DNA from: an archaeon
GTDB lineage: Archaea; SpSt-1190; DYHY01
Assembly (NCBI GenBank): GCA_043803745.1
Contig: JAZDJS010000015.1
Coordinates: forward strand, 17,573 to 81,572
Direction: 5' to 3'
DNA: 64,000 bases
Shown: piece after piece, positions 47,492 through 57,209 of the stretch
Layout of the letters: each line of letters begins with the position of its first letter
Numbering within the stretch: the stretch's first letter is position 1
Notes under the pieces: generated by a model
The model's database searches: none
The model's input: only the letters and a program-made list of their open reading frames with translations
Told to the model about the DNA's origin: nothing
Program-made: the position numbers and the translations under genes

Positions 47492-48160
47492 ATGGACCGC
47501 CTCCTTTCCGAAGCAATTTTTCTGATGAAGCTGAAGACAATAAGGCGGGCTGGTTGGGTGAGGGCCGGGATTCCCTACCCTGAATCTGTCGCAGCCCATT
47601 CCTACGGAGCCGCCGCCCTCGCGCTGCTGTTCGGAAAGTTTTTCCCAGATGTTGACGGACACAAGCTCCTGAAAATGGCGGTTTTCCACGACATCGGGGA
47701 AGCAGCCACAGGGATAGATTTCGTCAAGGATCGGGGTCGGGAAATCAACTGGGAAAAGCGGGTTTCGACAGCGGAAAGGGAGGCTGCCGCCCTCGCTGGC
47801 AAGGTAAGCAAACGCATCCTCAAGATTTTCGTTGAAATGGAGACGCAGAAAACCCCCGAAGCAAGGGCACTTAAAGAAATCGAAAAATTCGACATGGCCC
47901 TGACCGCATTCATCTACGAGCGGCACAAGACCGGAAAGAACCTCCAGGAATTCTACGATTCTGCGGCAGTCTGGATAAAGAACCAGAAATTGAAGAATCT
48001 GTTCGAAGAGCTCCTTTCCAAAAGAACAAGAAGTCACTCCGCCCGGAAAGCCTCGACAGGGTCAAGGCCAGCTGCCCGCCTTGCCGGAAGTATCCCGCCA
48101 AGAACACCGAGGAAAAGCGCGAAGAAGAACGCCTCGACAATCGTGAAAACGCCCACATAG
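47492..48160 (+). CDS. HD-domain hydrolase (5'-deoxynucleotidase HDDC2/YfbR-like)
   Basis: LKTIRRAGW, ESVAAHS, HDIGEA, TPEA; the 3' end overlaps the convergent gene. Confidence 0.85.
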   Translation: MDRLLSEAIFLMKLKTIRRAGWVRAGIPYPESVAAHSYGAAALALLFGKFFPDVDGHKLLKMAVFHDIGEAATGIDFVKDRGREINWEKRVSTAEREAAALAGKVSKRILKIFVEMETQKTPEARALKEIEKFDMALTAFIYERHKTGKNLQEFYDSAAVWIKNQKLKNLFEELLSKRTRSHSARKASTGSRPAARLAGSIPPRTPRKSAKKNASTIVKTPT

Positions 48161-49215
48161 GGGACAAACGTCCCTCCGACAAGCTTCGGAAGGAGCCCGT
48201 AGGAAACGAAAAGACCAAGCCCAATGCCCATAAGCGCCCCGAAGCTGCTTATTATCAAACATTCCGTAATTACAAGGAGGACAATTTCCGAACTTTTCCA
48301 CCCGACCGCCTTGAGTATCCCGAACTCTTTCGTCCTCTCGGCAACCGACATTATCATCGAGTTCGCAATCCCAATCCCCCCTATTATCGCGGCAAGCCCG
48401 GCAATGACCCACGTTGCGACGCGGAGCGTGTCGGTGAAGCTTGAAAGCTGTTTTACAACCATGCGGCCGAAGCTCGGGTCAACCCCGGGCACGAGCATCT
48501 TTATCTTGCGCTCGATTTCCTCGCTCTGCGCGGGATTCTCCGGGACCGCCCTTGCGAATGAAATTTTGTAGGAAGGCATTGAAAGCATTTTCCGCGCCTG
48601 CTCAATGTCGATCACAAGGTCGTTCGCTCCCGAAGATCCCAGTTCGTAAATCCCCACAACATTGAACTCGTAGACTTCCCCCTTGTTCTCACCGTTCACG
48701 AGCTTGACGTTTATCGTGCTTCCGACTTTTATGTCGCTGTCCCGGACAATGTCAATCCCTACAAGAACGCCATCAGTTTCTCCGGACTTTAGGGATCTTC
48801 CAGCAACAACCTTGGTATATTCGCTGCTGGACCGTCTCTCCTTGTCCGGGTCGACGCCGATTATTCCCGCGATTCCTCCGACAAAAGGTATCGAGCTCCT
48901 ATAATCCTCTATCTCGACGGTTCCGACGACAAGCGGAGTTGCGAAAAGGACTCCCGGAATTTTCTCAATATTGTCGATTACTTTCGCATCAAGCTCCCCG
49001 TATCCCCCGGTTGCCGGGTTCACGCCTTTCTGGATCACAAGTATGTTTGTCCCCATCGTCCTCGAAAGGTCGTCGGTAAGCCTCTGGAGCCCGTCCGAAA
49101 CCGAGACAAGGGAGACAATCATCGCAATCCCGAGGAGAATGCCGAGGGCGGAAAGAGATGTCCTGATCTTCCTTTTCGAAAGGTTCCGTAGGGCGAGCGT
49201 GTGGTAGAAAATCAT
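48034..49215 (-). CDS. MacB/FtsX-like ABC permease
   Basis: RTSLSALGI, GGIGIANSM.MSV.ERTKEFG.LKAVG, PARRAA.LDPVEA. Confidence 0.92.
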   Translation of the reverse strand: MIFYHTLALRNLSKRKIRTSLSALGILLGIAMIVSLVSVSDGLQRLTDDLSRTMGTNILVIQKGVNPATGGYGELDAKVIDNIEKIPGVLFATPLVVGTVEIEDYRSSIPFVGGIAGIIGVDPDKERRSSSEYTKVVAGRSLKSGETDGVLVGIDIVRDSDIKVGSTINVKLVNGENKGEVYEFNVVGIYELGSSGANDLVIDIEQARKMLSMPSYKISFARAVPENPAQSEEIERKIKMLVPGVDPSFGRMVVKQLSSFTDTLRVATWVIAGLAAIIGGIGIANSMIMSVAERTKEFGILKAVGWKSSEIVLLVITECLIISSFGALMGIGLGLFVSYGLLPKLVGGTFVPYVGVFTIVEAFFFALFLGVLGGILPARRAAGLDPVEAFRAE

Positions 49216-49946
49216 TTTTCCGAGCCACCGCCGCTGACAATCAGGCCATCCTGGAGGCGAATCTTCCTCCTTGCATAGCTTGCGATGTTCGGGTCGTGGG
49301 TGACCATTATTATTGTTGTCAAATCATTCTCGTTGATATCTGAGAGGAGGGAAAGGATTTCCCCGCCAGTCTTGCTGTCCAACTGGCCCGTGGGCTCATC
49401 GGCAAGGACGATGTCAGGGGAATTTATCAAAGCGCGGGCAATCGCGACCCGCTGGTTCTGGCCTCCTGAAAGTTCGCTCGGTCTCCTTTCAAGCTTGTCC
49501 CCAAGGTCAAAGCGCTTAAGGAGCGAAATAGCCCTTTCCCGATAGCCGTCCTCGACATCGCCAAAGGGCATTACCGGAACGAGGACGTTCTCAAGGACAT
49601 TCAGCGTCGATATCAGGTTGAACGTCTGGAAAATTATCCCAACGTTCTCCCTCCTGAACTCGGAAAGTTCGTCATCTTCAAGCTCCCCGAGATTCTTGCC
49701 GCAGACGGAAACCCGTCCTTCGGTCGGCCTGTCAACCCCCCCGACAAGGTGGAGGAGCGTGCTTTTCCCGCACCCAGAAGGGCCCATTATCGTCACGAAT
49801 TCCCCTTTCTTCACAGTTATGTCAACCCCCCCGAGAGCCCAGACTTTTCCGACTTCGTAGAACTTTTTCACCCCCGAAACAGTTACAATAATCTCAGGCT
49901 TTTTCGTTTTCTCAGTCGACAACCCTAAACGCCTCCACAGGTTCAA
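49212..49946 (-). CDS. LolD/MacB-type ABC ATP-binding protein
   Basis: GPSGCGKST, LSGGQNQRVAIARAL, LADEPTG, VTHD. Confidence 0.95.
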   Translation of the reverse strand: MNLWRRLGLSTEKTKKPEIIVTVSGVKKFYEVGKVWALGGVDITVKKGEFVTIMGPSGCGKSTLLHLVGGVDRPTEGRVSVCGKNLGELEDDELSEFRRENVGIIFQTFNLISTLNVLENVLVPVMPFGDVEDGYRERAISLLKRFDLGDKLERRPSELSGGQNQRVAIARALINSPDIVLADEPTGQLDSKTGGEILSLLSDINENDLTTIIMVTHDPNIASYARRKIRLQDGLIVSGGGSEK

Positions 49947-51087
49947 GCGATGCGGCTTTTCTTGCGGGAATCAATCCTCCAACAAGTCCGAGGAAAATGG
50001 CAAAACCAACTGCCTGAAGAACAATCTGCCAGGTCAGTACGGGCGTCAGCGCGCCCTTGAATACCTGGGGAAGCGCTATCTGCGTTGAGAAGAGCCCGAC
50101 TGCAAGCCCCATCGCAGCACCTACAACGCTTATCCCAACGCTTTCGGCAACGATAAGCTTCATTACATCTCCGTTGAGCCAGCCGACAGCCTTGAGAACT
50201 CCGATTTCCTTCGTCTGTTCCATAACGGACATTATCATTGTGTTGAGTATCCCGACGCCACCTATGAATGCAGCGATCCCGGCAATCACCCAGGTGACCG
50301 TCTGGAGCGTTGACGTGAATGTCGAAAGCGTTGAGACAAAAGCCCTTGCATAGCTAGGGTCTGCGTTGTTAATCAGGAGTTTAATCTTCCTCTCAAGGAG
50401 TTCTGTCTGCCCCGGGCTTGTTGGGAGGACCTGCACAGCGTTTATCCTGTAGTTCGGAAGGTTCCCCACGCTCTGGACCTCTGCGAACGGAACAACAAGG
50501 TTGTCAGATGTTTCGCCGCCGCTTTCACTCTCGTAAATCCCGACAACATCGTAATCATAATCTTCCCCTTCAAAAGAGAATGTTACCGAATCCCCGATTC
50601 TCTTGTTCATGGCATTGGCAAGGACCCTCCCAATTACCGCGCTCCCCCGCTCATCTTCCTTCAGGAACCTGCCTGCAACTATCTTCGTATATGTGCTCGA
50701 GAGCCGCCTCTCCTTGTCCGGGTCGACGCCCACAAGCCCAGCCGCGCCGCCCCCGCCGCCAAAAATCCCGCCCCCGCTCCGATATCCCTCAACGGTTCCG
50801 ATTAGGAGGATCTGCGGAGCTGCAAGCTGCACACCCGGTATTTTCTCAATATCCTCGATAACCGAGATGTCAAGGTTGCTTGTGCTGGGAGGTCCGAATG
50901 TCCCTTCAGCAACAACGTAAATAGTGCCCCCTATCGAGCTTGCGAACTCGTCAGTTGTCCTTTTCAATCCCTGGGAAACCGAAACAAGGGAAATGATCAT
51001 TGCAACGCCTATCATTATCCCTAGGGCAGAAAGGAAGGTCCGAAGCTTCCTCTTGGTAAGGTTGCGTATTGCGAGGGTATAGTACAT
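49912..51087 (-). CDS. MacB/FtsX-like ABC permease (paralog of 48034-49215)
   Basis: Same motifs; shared GVDPDKERR, TKIVAGR.LK. Confidence 0.92.
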   Translation of the reverse strand: MYYTLAIRNLTKRKLRTFLSALGIMIGVAMIISLVSVSQGLKRTTDEFASSIGGTIYVVAEGTFGPPSTSNLDISVIEDIEKIPGVQLAAPQILLIGTVEGYRSGGGIFGGGGGAAGLVGVDPDKERRLSSTYTKIVAGRFLKEDERGSAVIGRVLANAMNKRIGDSVTFSFEGEDYDYDVVGIYESESGGETSDNLVVPFAEVQSVGNLPNYRINAVQVLPTSPGQTELLERKIKLLINNADPSYARAFVSTLSTFTSTLQTVTWVIAGIAAFIGGVGILNTMIMSVMEQTKEIGVLKAVGWLNGDVMKLIVAESVGISVVGAAMGLAVGLFSTQIALPQVFKGALTPVLTWQIVLQAVGFAIFLGLVGGLIPARKAASLEPVEAFRVVD

Positions 51088-51089
51088 GT

Positions 51090-52328
51090 CTACTTCTTCA
51101 TCGATCCGCGCCGCTTCCGGAAGAAAAAGAACCAGACTGCGATTGCAATCCCGGCCACTACAAGGATGATCGTCGTCACCGAGGGACCGCCTGCCGCGGC
51201 AATCCCGACCTCAACAGTTATCTCGCCGTTTTCAGTGAAGGAGTGCTCGCCGAAATCGTCGGTATATGTTACCCTGAACGCAACCGGGACGGTTGTTTTG
51301 GCAAGGACCGGTCCGGCATATGTCATCTCGAACAGGGCAACATCCTTGTCGCCAGCCTTTATCGTCCCAAGATATGCGCTTTTCTGCCCGGAAATCCTGC
51401 CGTTCTCGCCTATGAATTCGACAGTAACGCTCTTGCCCTCATTCTTTCCTGTGTTCTCGACCGTTGCGGAAAGAAGGAATGCCTTGTCAGGGATTACGTT
51501 TACCGGGTCTGTCTGCACCTTGGGCAGGGTGAGAAGCGCCTTTGAAACAACGACAAGCCCGATTCCGCTTTCCGAGGTTTGCCCGGAGTAGGTTATCTCA
51601 AGCGGGAAATTGTAAACGCCAGCTTCGACATTCTTGTCAGTGGCGAGCCTGAAAACGAATTCCTTCGCCTCCCCGACCCCGAGGCTTCCAATCGGGAATT
51701 CCGTTCCGGAGCCTATTACCGAGAATCTTCCCTTCGTATCTCCAGTAAGGACGGGAATTGTTAGCTTTGCCGCGCCGTTCAATGCCGGAGCGCTTCCAAT
51801 GTTCTTGACAACCATCGTTACAGTCGCGGTTTTCCCCGGCTCTATTTCCTCCGGAGCGTATGAGACGAAGGTGACGACAACTTTGGGGCTTCCCTGGACC
51901 GAGACGGTGAACTCCTTTTCCCTTGAGCCCCCGCTCCATTCCGCAACGACCTTGATCAGGTAATCCCCTGAAATCGCCTTTTCATCAACCTTGATCGAGT
52001 ATTTCGTTTCAAAGTTGCAGATGGCGCAGATCGGGCCGACGTTCTGGACGGCCATGTCGGTGTTCTTCAGGACAAAATCGTCCGGAAGGATGATTTTGAC
52101 AATCACCTCGCTCGCGGGAGTCGTTGCCCAGTTCTGGGTGATTACGTTGAAGTTGAGGTTCCCTCCGGGAGTCACCGCAGCCGGATCGATCCGGCTTGAA
52201 ATGAAAATTATGTCCGGGTTGCTTGATGGCGGCGCAGCAGCAAGCCCCCCGGCGACAAGCCCGCACACGAAAACCGCGAAAAACGCAAAAAGCAAGCCGG
52301 CAATCTTTCTTTTCTCAACGAAGCTCAT
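51090..52328 (-). CDS. COG1361 S-layer-domain/Ig-repeat protein with C-terminal anchor
   Basis: Signal peptide, repeated PG...N.G...A motifs, TM plus RKRR tail. Confidence 0.8.
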   Translation of the reverse strand: MSFVEKRKIAGLLFAFFAVFVCGLVAGGLAAAPPSSNPDIIFISSRIDPAAVTPGGNLNFNVITQNWATTPASEVIVKIILPDDFVLKNTDMAVQNVGPICAICNFETKYSIKVDEKAISGDYLIKVVAEWSGGSREKEFTVSVQGSPKVVVTFVSYAPEEIEPGKTATVTMVVKNIGSAPALNGAAKLTIPVLTGDTKGRFSVIGSGTEFPIGSLGVGEAKEFVFRLATDKNVEAGVYNFPLEITYSGQTSESGIGLVVVSKALLTLPKVQTDPVNVIPDKAFLLSATVENTGKNEGKSVTVEFIGENGRISGQKSAYLGTIKAGDKDVALFEMTYAGPVLAKTTVPVAFRVTYTDDFGEHSFTENGEITVEVGIAAAGGPSVTTIILVVAGIAIAVWFFFFRKRRGSMKK

Positions 52329-53551
52329 TTCCTTGTTTCACTCCCTTTTTTCGATTTAGTTCTCCTGAATTTAAAAAAGAGGCCTATTGCCAGGACAACT
52401 CCTGCAATCCCGAAAAACAGGTAGTTTGCCGGGAATCCCCCCACGACCGAAACTCGCACCTCGAGAATCTCCGATTTCCTCTGGGCCTGTTCCTCGAAGC
52501 TCGCGGCAATTTGCACCGGATAGTCCTGGAGGGCGCCCTTGGAATCCACATCAACGGTGAAAAGCGCAACGCGCTCCTCTCCCGGAGGAAGGGACTCTAT
52601 TATCGAACTCCGCCCGGACGGCGTAAGCGGATAGTCGGTTATCAGGGAAAGCCGAACGTTTTCCGCAGCGGAATTCCCGACGTTCCGTATCCGCACTTCA
52701 AGTTTCTGTTCGTTTTTCCCGGAGACAAGCTTCCCAGAAGTCCCGGAAATCTCAAGGTCTGCCGTTTTCCCGAGGAAGACCATTTCATGTTCGGAAAGGA
52801 CCCCCCCATCGAAGCTGACTTCAATTGGAAGCACGAACCCGGTTCTTCCCGGAACTTTGTCAGGGGAGAAACTCACCTGGAACGCCGATTTTCCATTCGG
52901 CAATAGCTCCCCGATGAAAATCTCCCTTGATGCAGAGCTTATGTCAACAGCTTCCGGCTCGGCAATCTTCACATGGACGTTCCGCGCAATATCGGTCCCG
53001 TTGTTATGCAGCTCGAACGAAAGCAGCGTTTCCCTTCCCGCTTCAATGATTCCAGGAACGGATGACTTTTGGGTGAGAACAAGCGAGGGCGCGCCCGAAA
53101 CCTCCACATAGAAATAGTCCGATGCTGAAAGCGTTTGCAGGGAATTGACAACGCTTCCGGAAAAGCTTGCCCCGCTAAGGGTTTTTGATTCGCTCGTTAT
53201 GGTGACGGGTATTGAGTAGACCCCGGCAACAAGGTTGTCGTCCGCCCTGAATGAAAGCGCCCCGGGAACGGCGGAGTTCCGCTCAACCTCCCCGTTGCTT
53301 GACCAGGTGTCCCCGCCGACAGGCATGAAATTGCTCGAGGAGGCGGCTTTCACAACAACGTATCTCAGGCGGTCGTTCAGCGTGTTATGCACCTGGAAGT
53401 TCACTGAGAACACCTCCCCGGCCCCGACTTGCCCGACTCGCACGTTCTCAATCTGCGCAAAGCCCGCCGGGAAGCCGGCCGCCAAGGTCAGCATCAACCC
53501 GATAAAAGCCACCGCAACAAAGCCAATTGTCCTTTTTCCATAAGTTCTCAT
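52325..53551 (-). CDS. COG1361 S-layer-domain/Ig-repeat protein with C-terminal anchor
   Basis: GGAGG RBS, signal peptide, NNGTDIARNV and NVGNSAAENV repeats, TM plus basic tail. Confidence 0.8.
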   Translation of the reverse strand: MRTYGKRTIGFVAVAFIGLMLTLAAGFPAGFAQIENVRVGQVGAGEVFSVNFQVHNTLNDRLRYVVVKAASSSNFMPVGGDTWSSNGEVERNSAVPGALSFRADDNLVAGVYSIPVTITSESKTLSGASFSGSVVNSLQTLSASDYFYVEVSGAPSLVLTQKSSVPGIIEAGRETLLSFELHNNGTDIARNVHVKIAEPEAVDISSASREIFIGELLPNGKSAFQVSFSPDKVPGRTGFVLPIEVSFDGGVLSEHEMVFLGKTADLEISGTSGKLVSGKNEQKLEVRIRNVGNSAAENVRLSLITDYPLTPSGRSSIIESLPPGEERVALFTVDVDSKGALQDYPVQIAASFEEQAQRKSEILEVRVSVVGGFPANYLFFGIAGVVLAIGLFFKFRRTKSKKGSETRK

Positions 53552-53553
53552 TT

Positions 53554-53859
53554 TTACCATTCCTCCTTGTTTGAATATCCTATCCGGCCGCCAGTTTCTC
53601 TGCTGTTGTTCTTGAAGAACCCGCTGACGAAGCCCAGCGCCGCGCCAACAGTCGTCAAGTCGGTCACCGGGAGGCCGAGCTGGCCGAACCCCGCCCGGAC
53701 TGCGGGGCCTATTACCGGTGCAATCTGCACGAACCATCCTGCAACAGCCCCGAACAGGGCGCCCAGTATTGCATAGACGAACAGAAACACGAGCCCAGTC
53801 ATCGCAACCGCGGCGGTGACGAGGCTCTCCAAGAAAAACCACTTCATTTTCGTTGCCAT
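53554..53859 (-). CDS. Small Gly-rich membrane protein
   Basis: GALFGAVAG and GAALGFVSG glycine-zipper TM segments; inside the operon. Confidence 0.65.
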   Translation of the reverse strand: MATKMKWFFLESLVTAAVAMTGLVFLFVYAILGALFGAVAGWFVQIAPVIGPAVRAGFGQLGLPVTDLTTVGAALGFVSGFFKNNSRETGGRIGYSNKEEW

Positions 53860-53863
53860 TTTT

Positions 53864-54946
53864 TCATTCCACGCTCCGTTTGAAGGACTTTATTCCGAAT
53901 ATCAGCATGCCGAGCCCGAGAAGGGCAAGTATGCTGAGGTCGAACGATACAGATGAGATTGTGAAACCCCTTATCATTATGTTCCGCGCGGCTCGGGTCG
54001 CATAGGTGAGTGGGCTTATTGCAGCCAAGGGCTTCAGCCACCAGACCATTGATTCAATCGGATAGAATGTTCCGCTGACGAACCAAAGCGGCATGATTAT
54101 CAACTGCATTGTCATCATCCAGGCCTGGAAATCGTTGATATACGCGGTCATCGCAATCCCTAGACCTATGAAGCAGAACGCAATTAGGAACATCAGAATG
54201 ACGAGGAAAGCGAGCCCGACAAGCCCGGTCTTTATTTTCGCCCCAAGGAAGAATGCTATAACTACAGCAGTGAGCCCGCTTGTCATGGACATCGTCACGG
54301 CCGAGAGTATTTTCCCGAGTATTATCGAGGTTTTCGAAATCGGCGCAACAAGGAGCTGATTGAAAACCCCGAGCTGCTTTTCGAAGAGCAGGCTCACGCC
54401 CCCGGAGAAGAGCGCGCCCATTGCAATCGTCTGGATTATGACGCCCGGAGCAAGGAAGTCAAGATAGCTTGCGCCCCTTGCGTAATGCACGTCCTTCCGT
54501 ATCTCGAGGGAGACCCTCCTTTCCGAAAGGGCCGAGTTCACGACGCCCACTATGGCGGATGAAACCGCAGGGGAAGACTGGTCAACAAGTAGGTTGATCT
54601 GCTGGACGCCTGCCGGGATAACCACAACCGCGTAAACTTCCCGCGCCTCGAACATTTCAAGGGCGCGTTCGTAGCTCGGGACCGCGGCAATCCTGACGAC
54701 GTTCCCCACTTGCAGGGCGTTCGTTATCTGGAGCGCCTGGCTCCCTCCGTCAAGGTCGACGACCGCGACCGGCAGGTCATATATTGACCCTCCAAAGGCG
54801 TTCGCGAAAATCAAGAGGTAAATCAGCGGGAAGATAAGCGCTCTTGAAATTACGACAAAGGGTTTCTTCAGCCAGACCCTTGTGTCCTTCTCCCAGACCG
54901 TGAGGACGTCCTGCAGAATCGCCCGCCAGCCTTCCGGGTTTCTCAT
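53864..54946 (-). CDS. ABC-2 type permease
   Basis: VAVVDLDGG, YLDFLAPG, EKQLG..LLVAP, SGTFYP, PLTYA. Confidence 0.9.
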   Translation of the reverse strand: MRNPEGWRAILQDVLTVWEKDTRVWLKKPFVVISRALIFPLIYLLIFANAFGGSIYDLPVAVVDLDGGSQALQITNALQVGNVVRIAAVPSYERALEMFEAREVYAVVVIPAGVQQINLLVDQSSPAVSSAIVGVVNSALSERRVSLEIRKDVHYARGASYLDFLAPGVIIQTIAMGALFSGGVSLLFEKQLGVFNQLLVAPISKTSIILGKILSAVTMSMTSGLTAVVIAFFLGAKIKTGLVGLAFLVILMFLIAFCFIGLGIAMTAYINDFQAWMMTMQLIIMPLWFVSGTFYPIESMVWWLKPLAAISPLTYATRAARNIMIRGFTISSVSFDLSILALLGLGMLIFGIKSFKRSVE

Positions 54947-55944
54947 CAGCTCCCTTTCAGCCTCCTTGCAAGGGCATGCGTAAGCTGGAGCCCGTCGGAC
55001 TTTTCATCCCTGACTTCCCTTCCGGTATAATGGAGGAAAACGTCCTCCATTGTCGGCTTGCGTTCGTAAATTTCGGAGATTTCGGCGCGCGCAGTCCCCG
55101 CAATGTGCGCAATCTTTTTCACGGCTCCGGTTTTGCCTGAGGAAATCCTTATGCGCCCCTTTGAAAGCAGCTCGGGCGAGAAGCCCCCTTTCTCCAGGAG
55201 CGTGACAAGCAAATCTTCCCTTCCGGAAACCACCTCGAACTCCACTATCTCGGAGATACCAATGCTTTTCTTGAGCTCAAGGGGCGTGCCAATTGCGATT
55301 ATCTTCCCGTGGTCCATTATCGCAATCCTGTTGCAGAGCGCCTCAGCCTCCTGCATGTAATGCGTTGTTATGAAAATCGTTATTCCTCGGCTCCTCCCGA
55401 TTTCGAAGATTTTCTTCCAAATCATCTCCCGCGACTGCGGATCGAGCCCTATTGTCGGCTCGTCTAGAAATATTACTTCCGGGTCGGAAATGAAGACCTT
55501 GGCAATTTCCAGCCGCCGCTTCATCCCCCCAGAGAAAAACCTGACCTGAATCTTCCTCTTCTCCGTCAGGTCGACGAAATCAAGTGCTGCGCCAATGCGC
55601 CTTTCCAGCGAACTTTCCGGAACATGATAGAGCTTTCCGTAGAAGCGGAGGTTTTCTTCGGCAGTCAGGTCCCCGTCGGCGCTCCCTTCCTGGGAAATGA
55701 GAGAGATTCTCTCCCGCACCTTTTCCGGATTTTTAGACACCTCCGCCCCGGCAACGAACGCAGTTCCTTTCGATGGGGAGAGAAGGGTTGTCAGCACGTT
55801 TATTGTCGTGCTTTTTCCGGCTCCGTTCGGCCCGAGGAAACCGAAAATCTCCCCTTTCCTGACCGAGAAGGAAATCCCATCGACTGCGGTGAAGCGTCCG
55901 AACTTCTTGACCAGATTCTCCGCGGACACCGAGATTCTGCTCAT
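54946..55944 (-). CDS. DrrA-like ABC ATP-binding protein
   Basis: GPNGAGKST, FSGGMKRRLEIA, LDEPTIGLDP, TTHYM. Confidence 0.95.
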   Translation of the reverse strand: MSRISVSAENLVKKFGRFTAVDGISFSVRKGEIFGFLGPNGAGKSTTINVLTTLLSPSKGTAFVAGAEVSKNPEKVRERISLISQEGSADGDLTAEENLRFYGKLYHVPESSLERRIGAALDFVDLTEKRKIQVRFFSGGMKRRLEIAKVFISDPEVIFLDEPTIGLDPQSREMIWKKIFEIGRSRGITIFITTHYMQEAEALCNRIAIMDHGKIIAIGTPLELKKSIGISEIVEFEVVSGREDLLVTLLEKGGFSPELLSKGRIRISSGKTGAVKKIAHIAGTARAEISEIYERKPTMEDVFLHYTGREVRDEKSDGLQLTHALARRLKGS

Positions 55945-56321
55945 CTGCTCTTTACCGCGCTCCCGTTGAAAAGCTCCGGCACGACCTCGCGGAAGAACAT
56001 CATAGCGCTCGAGAAGCGCCCCTTCGCGGTCTTAACAACCGTTTTGCCCTTGGCCGTAAGGGAGAATATCTTCTTGGGCCTTTTGCCGCTTGTCCAGGAC
56101 GACTTCAATATTTTCCCCTCTTCGAGAGCGGATAGGACGGCGTAGAATTCCCCGACCCCGAGTTTCCACCCGCCAAGGAAGCGGTAGGCTTTGCTGTTGA
56201 ACTCCTTGAGGAGCGCATAGCCGTGCATTTCCTTCTTCACAAGGGAGAACAGGATGAAGAGCTTCAACATCCCCTTGCACATATGGTTTCTAATGCCTGC
56301 GTCGTCAATCTTCCAGTCCAT
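55941..56321 (-). CDS. PadR family transcriptional regulator
   Basis: KGMLK..IL..MHGY..G.FY.VL..LE..G..KK.FSLT.KG. Confidence 0.88.
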   Translation of the reverse strand: MDWKIDDAGIRNHMCKGMLKLFILFSLVKKEMHGYALLKEFNSKAYRFLGGWKLGVGEFYAVLSALEEGKILKSSWTSGKRPKKIFSLTAKGKTVVKTAKGRFSSAMMFFREVVPELFNGSAVKSR

Positions 56322-56373
56322 ATTCGGGTTCCTGAGTATTCATGTTTCCGAATAAGGGGGTATAAAAACGTTT

Positions 56374-57093
56374 CTAAAGGTCAAGATACGGCAGGACGTC
56401 TCGCAGATTGTTGGTTTCGACGGAGACTCCGCCGAGTTCCTTTACCCGCTGCACGAGCTCCGGATGGGCGTTCAAGGCTATCCGGTGCGACACCGCCTCC
56501 ATTATCTTACTGTCGTTCCTGCCATCTCCCGTGAAACACCCGCCGTCAGGCAGGGGTATCCCGTATTTCTTCGCAATCTCGCGGAGAGAGGTCACTTTCC
56601 CCGCGTAGTCGTATTCCTTGAGGTCCCAACCGCAAAGAAGGCCAGTTTCTGGATCGAATCGGTATTTGCAGGCAGCCCTAATCTCATCAACGTAAGAAAT
56701 ACCTGGGAGACGCTCCAGCCGATTCTCGAAGCCTCCCGAGATTATCGCAATGCGGTTCTCCGGGTTTGCTTCCTTTATTCCGCGGAATGTTTCCTCAACG
56801 CCGCCTATGAATGGCACGCTTGCAAGAACGCCCGCGAAAACTTCTTCGGTCAGGCCGTGCATCCGGTGGATTTCAATTGTCTGTCGCATAAAATCAATAT
56901 AACTCCCCACGAGGAGCTCGCCGGTTCTCTGCTGCTCGTTCCAGCGGGCAGTCAGGGCGTCCTCCTCGGCAAGGCATGCGGGTCCGAGAGCGTTCGCAAT
57001 AAGAGGCCAATCGCTAGGATAGCGGCCTTGCGCGCTCGCATGCGTCGTGAGGGTGCCCTCAGAGTCAAAAGCGTAAATTCTAGGAGGTTTCAT
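56374..57093 (-). CDS. HAD-family phosphatase (phosphoserine phosphatase-like)
   Basis: FDSEGTL, IISGG, GK, GDGRND. Confidence 0.85.
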   Translation of the reverse strand: MKPPRIYAFDSEGTLTTHASAQGRYPSDWPLIANALGPACLAEEDALTARWNEQQRTGELLVGSYIDFMRQTIEIHRMHGLTEEVFAGVLASVPFIGGVEETFRGIKEANPENRIAIISGGFENRLERLPGISYVDEIRAACKYRFDPETGLLCGWDLKEYDYAGKVTSLREIAKKYGIPLPDGGCFTGDGRNDSKIMEAVSHRIALNAHPELVQRVKELGGVSVETNNLRDVLPYLDL

Positions 57094-57209
57094 TTGGGAA
57101 GCTTTCCAGTTTTCTTTATAAGAGTTACTTTTCCATCGGAGTATCGGCAATCAGATTACCGGCAAATCCGCGGGAAAGCCAATAAAAACCCCCCTTTCCA
57201 GCGGAAGGC

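Noticed and set aside
48034-48160. 127-bp convergent overlap of the HD hydrolase and permease
   Set aside because: Tail lies beyond the HD domain; most simply a drifted stop codon
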